Source: Desulfobacteraceae bacterium (GTDB taxonomy: Bacteria > Desulfobacterota > Desulfobacteria > Desulfobacterales > SURF-7). From it: DNA of 42,655 nt. Shown here in pieces: positions 29,739-38,718 of this stretch. Where the stretch lies: assembly GCA_030618465.1 (NCBI GenBank), contig JAUXDD010000002.1:1-42655 (forward strand), read 5' to 3'. The position numbers and the translations under genes are program-made. Within the stretch, counting starts at the first letter, position 1. Each line of letters begins with the position of its first letter. The notes below the pieces were generated by a model. The model was not told the DNA's origin, did not search any database, and saw only the letters and a program-made list of their open reading frames with translations.

Positions 29739-31185
29739 AATTAAACATACAGAACTGAACGCCTATTTAAAAAACCTGAAAAAAAACACCATTGCCCCGG
29801 TATACCTTATCTATGGAGAAGAATTTCTTTACAAAAAAGCATTTGAAGAATTGTTAAACATACTCGTTCCTCCGCCAAAAAGAAATTTAAACTATGAGCC
29901 CATTGACGGAACAGACGGCAATGTGTTTGATTGCATCGAGCATCTGAATACATTTTCATTTATGTCCGGCAGAAAAGTTGTGGCTTTATGCGATTCACGA
30001 ATATTTTACTCAAAGCTTGATAAAGGCAAACTCCTTGAAAAGGCAAAGGCCGCATATGACAACAACGAGTTAAAAAAAGCCGGAAAATCTATTGTCAATC
30101 TTTTGAGCCTGCTAAACTTATCTCTCCAGGACATTGAAAAAGAAAACCGAAGTGAAAATCTGAAGCTTGATCCGGCAAAATACAGTGATGCGAAATGGCT
30201 GGATCAGGTTATCCGCTATTGTAAGGAAAACAACCTGACCGTACCGGCTGGGATTGATCATGCAAAAGCCCTTCAGAACACCCTTGAAAAAGGATTCCCA
30301 AAGAAAAATCATCTGATTATTACAACCGATACAATTGATAAAAGACGCGGACTATTTAAATGTATAAAAAAAGAAGGAATGGTCATTAACTGCGCGGTTC
30401 CAATGGGAAACCGGTTTGCAGACAAAAAAGAACAGGAATCTGTACTTTCTGAAAGAATGCATGCCATCCTGTCAAAAAGCGGAAAAAAAATGAACCCCAT
30501 GGCATTTAAAGCCATTTACGACATGACAGGCTTTGATGTCCGTACGTTTTCCAGCAACCTGGAAAAACTCGTGACCTACATTGGAGAAAGGGAAAAAATT
30601 TCTGTCGATGATGTTACGGCCATACTGAAAAAGACAAAACAGGACCCCATATATGAACTGACAGGTGCCATATCAGACAAAGACACCCAGGGTGCCCTTT
30701 TTTATGTGGCTTCGCTTTTATCAGATGGTATAAATCCGCTCCAGATTTTAGCCGCAATGATCAATCAGGTCAGAAAAATTCTTGCATACAAGGGGTTTAC
30801 TGAGAGCCGTTATGGGAAGTCATGGCGGGCAGGAATCGATTACAGACAATTTCAAAGTACGGTTATGCCGGCAATCCTGGAATATGATAAAAATTTCCTG
30901 GATCAGATAAATGAGTGGGGCAATCTGATTTCAGAAAATAACAATCCGACCGCTAAAACCCGAAAGAAAAAACCCGATACCGACCTGGTACTGGCAAAAA
31001 ATCCCGGAAGCCCCTATCCGGTTTTTCAGATTTGGAAAGCATCTGAAAAATTTACCAGAGAAGAGCTCCTTTCGGCTCTTGAATCTTTATCGGATGCAGA
31101 CCTTCGGATGAAAACCACCGGACAGGATGCAAGACGAATCCTGGAAAAAGTAATTCTCGGAATCTGCAAAACTGTCAATGGCTGA
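29731..31185 (+). CDS. holA: DNA polymerase III delta subunit-like (HolA family), unusually long
   Basis: The N-terminal APVYLIYGEEFLYKKAFEELL pattern is typical of delta subunits. 484 aa, with an 8-nt overlap with lgt. Confidence 0.65.
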   Translation: MPEIKHTELNAYLKNLKKNTIAPVYLIYGEEFLYKKAFEELLNILVPPPKRNLNYEPIDGTDGNVFDCIEHLNTFSFMSGRKVVALCDSRIFYSKLDKGKLLEKAKAAYDNNELKKAGKSIVNLLSLLNLSLQDIEKENRSENLKLDPAKYSDAKWLDQVIRYCKENNLTVPAGIDHAKALQNTLEKGFPKKNHLIITTDTIDKRRGLFKCIKKEGMVINCAVPMGNRFADKKEQESVLSERMHAILSKSGKKMNPMAFKAIYDMTGFDVRTFSSNLEKLVTYIGEREKISVDDVTAILKKTKQDPIYELTGAISDKDTQGALFYVASLLSDGINPLQILAAMINQVRKILAYKGFTESRYGKSWRAGIDYRQFQSTVMPAILEYDKNFLDQINEWGNLISENNNPTAKTRKKKPDTDLVLAKNPGSPYPVFQIWKASEKFTREELLSALESLSDADLRMKTTGQDARRILEKVILGICKTVNG

Positions 31186-31674
31186 CAAAATCATTTGATA
31201 AGCGTATAAATTTCAGTAAACATTAAAAATCAATCTCAATCCAGCTAAAAAAAATTCATGAAACCTCTTGAATTTTTTTTTTTCTTATTTTAAGATAACT
31301 CCCGGTTAATAATTTAGAAAGCAGTTTATTCTCAATGGATTGATTTTCATACAACAAATTACACTGCGGTTTCAGTCACCAGAAGTTAGTATTAGCTGAT
31401 TTAAAAGTTTCAGTTAGTTTACCTTTACAGCACTCGCCTTACAGCATTGTGTATTTTTTTTATGCAATTAAGGGAATGATTGTTTTTGGTTTTGTTTTTG
31501 GTTTTTGTAAAACAATGTTCCTTTTGAGAAAGTGGTATCATGAGATGGGAACTTTGACTCAACAAAACGAACCGTGTTCCGGACATGGCAATACTGTTTT
31601 GAGAATCCGGGTTGCTGTCATTGTACCATGGCGTATTAGTACAAAAACTAATAATGAAAAGGAGGTTCGGTATT

Positions 31675-31878
31675 ATGGCTCAAGGTATTGTAAAATGGTT
31701 TAGTGACAAAAGAGGTTTTGGTTTCATTGAAGAGGAAGAAGGTGGCGATATTTTTGTTCACCACTCTGCAATCAATATGCCCGGATTCAAAACCCTTTCG
31801 GAGGGCGAGAGAGTGTCATTTGAAATGGAAGATACAGATAAAGGACCTGCCGCAAGGAATGTTGAACGGGTCTTATAA
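31675..31878 (+). CDS. Cold-shock protein (CspA family)
   Basis: [33 protein letters not shown] carries the RNP1/RNP2 motifs. An AGGAGG SD precedes ATG 31675. The track ORF starts upstream, at 31612. Confidence 0.9.
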   Translation: MAQGIVKWFSDKRGFGFIEEEEGGDIFVHHSAINMPGFKTLSEGERVSFEMEDTDKGPAARNVERVL

Positions 31879-31913
31879 AAATATATAAAGTAAAACAACC
31901 CGCGGTTTACCGT

Positions 31914-31945
31914 CGCCCTGCCATTTATGGCAGGGCGTTTTTTTT
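31914..31945 (+). terminator. Rho-independent terminator after the cold-shock gene
   Basis: 11-bp stem cgccctgccat (31914-31924) / atggcagggcg (31927-31937), followed by an 8-nt T-run. Confidence 0.8.
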
Positions 31946-31986
31946 GTCAGCTATTTCTTTTTACAGACGGAAACCAGTGACCAGTA

Positions 31987-33033
31987 TTATTCTTCCGGAA
32001 TGGCAGGTGGAGCACACAAACCAGAATCCCCCCAGATGTATTTTCCGTACTTCAGGTACCCCAGAACGTTGTTCAATCGTAAATCAATATTATTTTTAAT
32101 CGGTATAATATCACCCTGGATTAAGGGTTGAAGAAACTTTGACAGTTCCATGCTTCCGCCGCCGGTTAAAATAATGCTGTCAATATCCCAGTCAGAAGAC
32201 CACAGTCTGTTTAAATCATTTGCAATCGTTTCAGCTGTCTGCTGATACACCTGATCCCGGATATTGGTAATATTGTACTCCTGCCCTTTCAATTTAATAG
32301 TACCGGTTTCAACGGCATTGTACAGCCGATACAATTCTACTGCAACACCGCATTTTTCATGAAGTTTGTTGGCAATCACACTGAAACAGTGTGAAATTCC
32401 AGTATCAATTGTACGGCTTCCACGCTCCACATATCGCAGGCTGTCAAAAATTGTAACGTCGGTTGTTCGGAATCCAATATCAACCACGCCAACCTTCTGA
32501 CTGGTCATTTCCATATTAATGATTCCCCCCTTGTCATCCATCAACAGATTAAAAAAGCTGCCCAGGGGCTGAGGCATCATGCGGACCTTGTTAATAAATA
32601 TCTTTTTTATGACTTTATTGCCACCCGGCTCATGATAAATAACTTTATGATGGCCCAGCAGGATCTTTGAAAACAACTTGTTGTTTTTTCTGTAATAACC
32701 GACTGGAAGCCCGGATACAACATTGATCGGTATCTCTTTATCTGCAAACCGCCCCACAACAGTCAGCGCCAGTATCTTAACAAAATCAGACAAAAGTTTT
32801 TCATGCTCCAGGGTAAACTGGCGCGCAGCAGACTGCTGTTCAGCAAAATCACCTACGAAATAGGAGTTGTCTTCTATTGTGACATGTAAATTGCTGGTAA
32901 AGGTGGTATTACCAAAATCCGACACAAAATTGATTTCCGATGCTTCACCCAGAATCGACTTAAACATCAGAGATTCTTTCCCATTGCTCGCTTTTGTAAA
33001 TCCGAACCCTATATCAATGCCAAGGACTTCCAT
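31987..33033 (-). CDS. ParM/StbA-like actin-family ATPase (orphan, chromosomal)
   Basis: Phosphate-1 motif LGIDIGFGFTKA, phosphate-2 motif VGVVDIGFRTTDV, and adenosine motif IILTGGGS. The preferred start is ATG 33033 with a GGAGGA SD. The track ORF starts at 33045. Confidence 0.7.
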   Translation of the reverse strand: MEVLGIDIGFGFTKASNGKESLMFKSILGEASEINFVSDFGNTTFTSNLHVTIEDNSYFVGDFAEQQSAARQFTLEHEKLLSDFVKILALTVVGRFADKEIPINVVSGLPVGYYRKNNKLFSKILLGHHKVIYHEPGGNKVIKKIFINKVRMMPQPLGSFFNLLMDDKGGIINMEMTSQKVGVVDIGFRTTDVTIFDSLRYVERGSRTIDTGISHCFSVIANKLHEKCGVAVELYRLYNAVETGTIKLKGQEYNITNIRDQVYQQTAETIANDLNRLWSSDWDIDSIILTGGGSMELSKFLQPLIQGDIIPIKNNIDLRLNNVLGYLKYGKYIWGDSGLCAPPAIPEE

Positions 33034-33158
33034 TTCATCCTCCATTACACGTAAGCGTATTAATTTTCAATTTCCTGTATGTTTTGTAATGCTGCGGCAC
33101 ATTCCTTAATTTTATTATCATTGGCTGGGAAGACTGTGCTCTTTTCTCCTAAAACAAA

Positions 33159-33174
33159 AGCAAATAATATGCCA
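33159..33174 (-). promoter_or_regulatory. Candidate sigma54 (-24/-12) promoter upstream of the ParM-like gene
   Basis: Minus strand reads TGGCAT-ATTAT-TTGCT, against the consensus TGGCAC-N5-TTGCW. The GG and GC are at the correct spacing. It lies about 115-140 nt upstream of the start codon. Confidence 0.45.
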
Positions 33175-33760
33175 CGCCATATACAGTATTATTTTCATCA
33201 ACACCAAACCCTGTCAGTGCCTTGATAAAATGCATTGAAAAGTATCCTTATCATAAAAGCGCAGCTTCGCAAGCAATAAATTATGTCAGATATACATAAT
33301 TTTCCCTGTTTATGCCAATTTTTTGGCTCCGGTAGCGTCAATTTAATTACGGATTACCAATACATTTAAACAATCCGTTTACAATAAGTATAAAAATTTC
33401 CTTTTTCACTCTCTCACAACAATTCCCATGCAAACAGCCCTTCACCAGGACTGAATGGAGTCAAATGTATGATTCCTGCTGTACATAGGCTGATGTTTTT
33501 TAAAAAAATATTTTAACGCCTTGATTTTTGTGTGTTTTTTATGGTAATAATATATATTAGTTGTTGCCATTTCATTTGACGCTTCCCACAGCCCGATAAA
33601 TGAAAACAATAAATATGCCTTAAAAATTTCAAAAAAAGAGGATTAAAGCCGGTCAAAATATGATATATGATAGATCAGGAATCTTGATGTCCATATCAAA
33701 TAACAGCAGGATTCGTTGAATGTTTGTTCTGTTTGCTCATAAATAAAGGCTAAATAGCTC

Positions 33761-34495
33761 ATGAAAAACGTTTTGATCGTAGATGATGACTCAGCAACAC
33801 GCGCTTTGCTTTCCCGGGTGCTGAAAGTTCACGCCGATGAATTTGATATCCTTACCGCAAAAAACGGCAGGGAAGCATCTGACATCATCAGTTCCAATAA
33901 AATCAATCTTATTATAACAGATATCCAGATGCCTGAGCTGGATGGGTTTGGCCTTATCACTCATGTTGCCAATAATTATCCGGAAATCCCGGTTCTAGTC
34001 ATGACGGCTCATGCAACATCTGACGTTAAAGCCAAACTGAAAACCCATCACTCACCAAAACTGTTTGAAAAGCCCCTGAATATGGATATTCTTACGGAGG
34101 CCATTTCTGAAGAGCTGGATGCCGGTGCTGAAGGCAAAATAAGGGGTATCAGCCTTGCTTCTTTTCTGCAGCTCATCGAGATGGAGAAAAAAACGTGTAC
34201 TTTAAAAATTTCATGCAAAGGTCAATCCGGTAATATGTACTTTCAAAAGGGTGAAATGTTTGATGCTAAAATGGGGGATCTGAAAAAGGAAGAAGCTGCG
34301 TATGAATTAATCTGCTGGGACAAAATTGAAATCGATATAAAAGATGTCTGTAAAAAGCAGCAAAAGGTAATCAACCAGCCTTTAATGAATCTCCTGATGG
34401 AAGCCCTTAAAATAAAAGATGAAAGAGAAGCAAAGGAAAACGTCAGGCGGGCACCGCTAAAACCGTTAAAAAACCTCACCCTCAAAAAAGCCTGA
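33761..34495 (+). CDS. Response regulator: receiver domain + PATAN/DUF4388 domain
   Basis: The receiver domain shows VLIVDDD, LIITDIQMPELDG and FEKP. The C-terminal half (GISLASFLQLIEMEKKTCTLKISCKGQSGNMYFQKGEMFDAKMGDLKKEEAAYELICW) matches the DUF4388/PATAN pattern. Confidence 0.75.
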   Translation: MKNVLIVDDDSATRALLSRVLKVHADEFDILTAKNGREASDIISSNKINLIITDIQMPELDGFGLITHVANNYPEIPVLVMTAHATSDVKAKLKTHHSPKLFEKPLNMDILTEAISEELDAGAEGKIRGISLASFLQLIEMEKKTCTLKISCKGQSGNMYFQKGEMFDAKMGDLKKEEAAYELICWDKIEIDIKDVCKKQQKVINQPLMNLLMEALKIKDEREAKENVRRAPLKPLKNLTLKKA

Positions 34496-34588
34496 ATTGA
34501 CAATTGAAGAGTATTTAAATACTGCCGATTTTAAATAAATTGAGCCGGGCGAAACCACAAATAGTCAATCGTCACTCCTCAATCATTA

Positions 34589-37500
34589 CTATTCCGCCTG
34601 AACCCCGGCCAGGAATCCTCCAGCAGCGCCGATTTCTTTCACCTGCAAACCGAAATCGTCAAAATAGACTGCTTCCGAGTTCTCCGAATCAATACCAAAT
34701 GTATGCAGCCCCACTTCGGAAGGGGTTGAAGCGCCGGGATCATCATAAATCTCAGAAGTAAGCTGGTTACTGAAAAGAGCGGTGCTGTTAATCGCCCTCT
34801 CACAGATCCTTTTTGTGGCTATTGAAGTGGAGCCGCCGATTGTTACATGAAAGGCGGAATTATTTTTGCTGTTATAGTCTGACCAGACAACCGGGGTAAA
34901 CGGAAATGATTCATCTTCCGGCCATTTCAGTGTGTCCCCGCGGCCGTAAACATCTGGACCGGCAAACCATGCTTTTATGATGTTGTACCGTTCATCGCTT
35001 GAATTTCCGCAGTCTCCGGCAAGAGTTTCATCGAAGAAATCGTCTTTTTCTTCCATAATTCTTGCCATGAGGGTGACCCATTCTTTGAGATAGATAATAT
35101 AGTTCATGGATTTCTGAGTATCCACATCCTGACCGGGAAACACATAGGCGTCAGTAGAAACCGACAGTGTTGTTGTACCGCTGTCATAGTGATAAACTAT
35201 GGCATCAGCAGGCTTACCGGTATCAAACGTATAATCCACGCCACTATATGACAGGGTCTGGGATTCAACAATGCCAGGATAAACGGTTGTCAGTTTTTTT
35301 GCGGCAACGATTTCAGGCATCCTTGGGTCACCGGTTATTATGGCATCACACCATATATCGGATTCGGCAAAAATCATCACTCGTCCGTCTTTTTTTGAAC
35401 CCGGGGGAACGTTGTATTGCGTACCCGGGACGGGATCGGAAAAACTGAATATGTCCCGATACTGCTGGGAACCGGTAGTTGATGTTTTAAACTTTACAAT
35501 ATCACCCAGGATAGTCTCTGTCCAGATTCCCAGATAATCGCCGGATTGACAGGTAAGATTCAACCCATCCCAGGTTTGAATCCCTGTTGTATCAGAGGCT
35601 ACCAATCGTTGGGAATCGCGAACGGTAAAATCATTTCCACTTTTACTGGCAGTAAAAATATAAAAAGAACCGCCGCCTTGATCTATATAGGCCTTAAACC
35701 GTGTTATCGTTCCATCGGTAGTTGCCGGTTCACTCTCGTCAATAAAAATATGATGGTTATTAAAACCACCGGTATTACCCAGATATGGCTCACCGCTTTG
35801 TAATTCTTCACCGCCACCCAGGGTATAACTCCCCGATGGATAGTGATACAATGCCACATCCTCATCGCCGCAAAGCGGCATATACGCCAGCCAGTCAGTC
35901 AGCAGTTCCTCATAGTTTCTGATCCACACAGGATTGTAGGCACTGTTATATTCGTCCAGGTCATCGGCCTTCTGCCAGAGCAGGATATAGGGCACACCGC
36001 TGATCATAGGACTGCCGTCCCAGCCCGCTGATTTACCGGCCGGGTTGTTTACACACATATAATTCAGGTCTGCAGACGAAGCAGGATCTTCAAAAAGAAA
36101 ATCATCCGGGATATCGTCAGGATCAGGATTTGCGCCCAGAGCATTGTTGTCAAAAAGGGGCCTTACAAAAGAGAGTCCGTAATATTCCCTCAGGTCTGAA
36201 TATCCTTCATTCGGTGTACGAACACGAAACAAAAAACCCGGCATATACGTCCCCAGAGGATTACCGGTATCGCTGTCTTCCTCAGCAGTAAATTTGATTT
36301 TTACCTGAAGATCATAGTATAAGCGATCATTGAAATCACTTCTAAGATCCTCCATTGTCTTTTTTTCCCCTGACTCATTCGTAAACTCGAGATCCTGCTT
36401 GAGTTCCAGAAAACTCTCCTGGACATCTTTTCCAGCATATGCTGTGGCAATCGTAGAGCCGCCAACATCCGTTCCCCCCTGTGCGGTTGATACCTGAATC
36501 GCTGCGTCTCCATTAATCGATGTAAGGGTATGCCCCCCCAAAGCTGTCCCCGTATTCCAGTTATCAAGATTATCAAAGGAATCATCCAGCTTATAATTTA
36601 TTACCATGTTTCCTGTGATCAGGGGCAGATTTATTTTCAGGGACCGGGTAGCCTGGTATGCGCCCGTACCGGCAGTGCCGGTTGAAGTAATTAATACGTT
36701 TTTGTTTAATATAAATGTCAAACTGCTTGCCGATACGGTATTATCTTCCAGTGCATATAACGTTGACGATGCATTTCTCACATTGGTAAGAGTGGATGTT
36801 TCAGAATCAACCCTGTCATAAATCAGCAGATAATGATTCGTGCCGTCTGTTACGGTTATCACTCCGTTTAATTTCGGGAAAACACTGAAAGTTCCCGCGT
36901 CAAGGGGTGTTGTTGAACCATTTGACGCAACAATTTGCAAATTATTGTCCGGCTGGATGACCCTGACGTTTCCTGGTGTACTCGAAGCATAAAATGAGGG
37001 ATAAACAGAGGTTCCGGCAGAAATGGCAACGGGTACAGCTATTGATAAATTCAATGTCCATTGCCCAGGCGACGGCTGGTCCCTGTCTATGCTGTCAACA
37101 GGAATATGGATGGGATAACCGTCAATAGCGATTGTTCCGGCAGTAATGTGAGCGTATGCGTCCGGAAATTCATAAGGGGCCCGCACAATCAGTCTGCTGA
37201 AACTGGCAGCATGGTCACCGACCGTTTCAAACCAGTATGAATCAATACCGATGCTGAAACTGTTCTCAGGTGTCAGTTGACAGGTAGTTCCGGCAAGTGT
37301 TTTTAATGCGTCAAAATCGCCGCCTTCCTTCCCGGTAAATGTGTATCCGGCGTATCTGTAGCCTGACTCGGCATTATAATAGGCACGGGTATTTAATAAA
37401 GGTGTTATCGAGCCTGATGTTGACGTGTTCAAAAGTGTTATCACACCTGCGCCAACCACAGAAACCACCACCATGGTAGCAATCACACCGATGAGAACGC

Positions 37501-38242
37501 TGCCCTGCTGGCAGTTGATCATGATCGTTGTGCTGGTTTTTGAAGGAAATAAAATCAGCTGACGTCTTCCTGCCATATACCACAGCAATATCAGGGATAA
37601 AAATATTACAGACACACCCGCACATGAATAATTTTCAGTACCGAAAGCTGCGGCAGTTATAAAACAGGGTGATGTCCCGGGATTTATCCCGGGTGTACCG
37701 GAGACCAGATTAGCAATATCTTCAGGTTGATACAGGTTTCTGGGAACCACCTGTGCCGAAAACGGCACGGACGTTCCTTCTGCCATGGTCATTGAAAAAG
37801 CAATATCTATTCGCGCCAGATCTGAATTAGGGGATGCGGTCCAGGGTGTGGTGCCGTCATTTTTCCAATATGAAAAAGAAAAATCGGAAACATCCTCGGC
37901 CAATATATATGTGTTACCGCCAACAGTTATTTCCAGGGTGTTGCTGCTGTAACTGTACTGCTCGGTTTCCTGGCTGCCGTCCCGGTCAAACGTAACCGCT
38001 ATCGACGTTGATATGGGTTCCGAAGCTATGGAATTTATATCAGTAATATTTCTGAATGTCCGGGTCATCCGGCCCATGGCCATTTGCCCTTTTTGTGAAA
38101 CGTCTGAAACTCCTCTGGCATAAACCAGTGCCCTGGTCCCTCTTAATAGGCCAAAACCTGCTACTGCGGCAAGTATGCCAACCAGTATAAGCGAAGCAAT
38201 GATTTCAACAAGCGTAAATCCTTTATTATTCATTCCCTTCAT
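34589..38242 (-). CDS. Giant (1217 aa) prepilin-headed protein: PilW/GspJ-like module + internal anchor-like segment + PilX_N-like helix + large lectin-like region
   Basis: The N-terminus MKGMNNKG|FTLVEIIASLILVGILAAVAG is a class III signal with E+5. Residues 193-227 read CFITAAAFGTENYSCAGVSVIFLSLILLWYMAGRR. Residues 245-298 read QQGSVLIGVIATMVVVSVVGAG...AYYNAESG (PilX_N-like). The rest has no recognised enzymatic motif, but it shows FDNLDNW ... GFLFRV ... YYGLSF ... VYFDDFGLQV, which resembles a LamG/ConA-like jelly roll. Confidence 0.75.
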   Translation of the reverse strand: MKGMNNKGFTLVEIIASLILVGILAAVAGFGLLRGTRALVYARGVSDVSQKGQMAMGRMTRTFRNITDINSIASEPISTSIAVTFDRDGSQETEQYSYSSNTLEITVGGNTYILAEDVSDFSFSYWKNDGTTPWTASPNSDLARIDIAFSMTMAEGTSVPFSAQVVPRNLYQPEDIANLVSGTPGINPGTSPCFITAAAFGTENYSCAGVSVIFLSLILLWYMAGRRQLILFPSKTSTTIMINCQQGSVLIGVIATMVVVSVVGAGVITLLNTSTSGSITPLLNTRAYYNAESGYRYAGYTFTGKEGGDFDALKTLAGTTCQLTPENSFSIGIDSYWFETVGDHAASFSRLIVRAPYEFPDAYAHITAGTIAIDGYPIHIPVDSIDRDQPSPGQWTLNLSIAVPVAISAGTSVYPSFYASSTPGNVRVIQPDNNLQIVASNGSTTPLDAGTFSVFPKLNGVITVTDGTNHYLLIYDRVDSETSTLTNVRNASSTLYALEDNTVSASSLTFILNKNVLITSTGTAGTGAYQATRSLKINLPLITGNMVINYKLDDSFDNLDNWNTGTALGGHTLTSINGDAAIQVSTAQGGTDVGGSTIATAYAGKDVQESFLELKQDLEFTNESGEKKTMEDLRSDFNDRLYYDLQVKIKFTAEEDSDTGNPLGTYMPGFLFRVRTPNEGYSDLREYYGLSFVRPLFDNNALGANPDPDDIPDDFLFEDPASSADLNYMCVNNPAGKSAGWDGSPMISGVPYILLWQKADDLDEYNSAYNPVWIRNYEELLTDWLAYMPLCGDEDVALYHYPSGSYTLGGGEELQSGEPYLGNTGGFNNHHIFIDESEPATTDGTITRFKAYIDQGGGSFYIFTASKSGNDFTVRDSQRLVASDTTGIQTWDGLNLTCQSGDYLGIWTETILGDIVKFKTSTTGSQQYRDIFSFSDPVPGTQYNVPPGSKKDGRVMIFAESDIWCDAIITGDPRMPEIVAAKKLTTVYPGIVESQTLSYSGVDYTFDTGKPADAIVYHYDSGTTTLSVSTDAYVFPGQDVDTQKSMNYIIYLKEWVTLMARIMEEKDDFFDETLAGDCGNSSDERYNIIKAWFAGPDVYGRGDTLKWPEDESFPFTPVVWSDYNSKNNSAFHVTIGGSTSIATKRICERAINSTALFSNQLTSEIYDDPGASTPSEVGLHTFGIDSENSEAVYFDDFGLQVKEIGAAGGFLAGVQAE

Positions 38243-38253
38243 TGTTTTACCCT

Positions 38254-38718
38254 TTAGAAACTGATACCACCCCTGTCATAAAATAAGGATGTTAATGTGA
38301 TCCCTGTTGACGAATCCGTAAGTGTAAGCCTCATGATCGGGCCATTTACAGAAGGTGAGCTCAATACCCCGCTGCTGAATGAGGCATATCGCTTCATATC
38401 ATCTGCCGTGTTGATAAAATCAGCGTAGTTCGCGTTTATAAATATGGAAAGTTTATTTAATACATGGATTTCAGTCGGATTATAAAGCAGGTTAAAATAA
38501 TACAGATTAATATTTTCCATAACCAGTTCCATGGCATATGTCCGCTGTATTGCCTCAATGGGTTGCGAACTTCTTTGCAGGGCAGAGCCTGTAATGGTTA
38601 CCAGCATTGTGCCCAAAATGGCTGCAACAATCAGTGAAACAATAATTTCCAGCAAGGTAAACCCCTGCTCACTTTTTACCAGCATTTTATATGTTTGATC
38701 AGGCAGTGTTGTTTTCAT
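38254..38718 (-). CDS. Prepilin-type N-terminal domain protein (minor pilin/pseudopilin-like)
   Basis: SEQG|FTLLEIIVSLIVAAILGTMLV. 154 aa, with a 4-nt ATGA overlap with the upstream gene. Confidence 0.7.
   Translation of the reverse strand: MKTTLPDQTYKMLVKSEQGFTLLEIIVSLIVAAILGTMLVTITGSALQRSSQPIEAIQRTYAMELVMENINLYYFNLLYNPTEIHVLNKLSIFINANYADFINTADDMKRYASFSSGVLSSPSVNGPIMRLTLTDSSTGITLTSLFYDRGGISF

Noticed and set aside
33046-33760. A search for parC-like iterated centromere repeats or a parR gene around the ParM-like gene.
   Set aside because: No direct repeat array was visible by eye. Only a short hairpin (acggatt...aatccgt, around 33351-33380) was seen. No small DNA-binding ORF flanks the gene. 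A classical ParMRC cassette is therefore not supported.
37374-37625. An 83-aa alternative-frame ORF at the junction region of the giant gene, which might have indicated a frameshift.
   Set aside because: Its product (Cys/His/Asp-rich) has no pilin-like or PilX-like features. The main frame reads through with meaningful motifs on both sides, so there is no evidence for a required frameshift.
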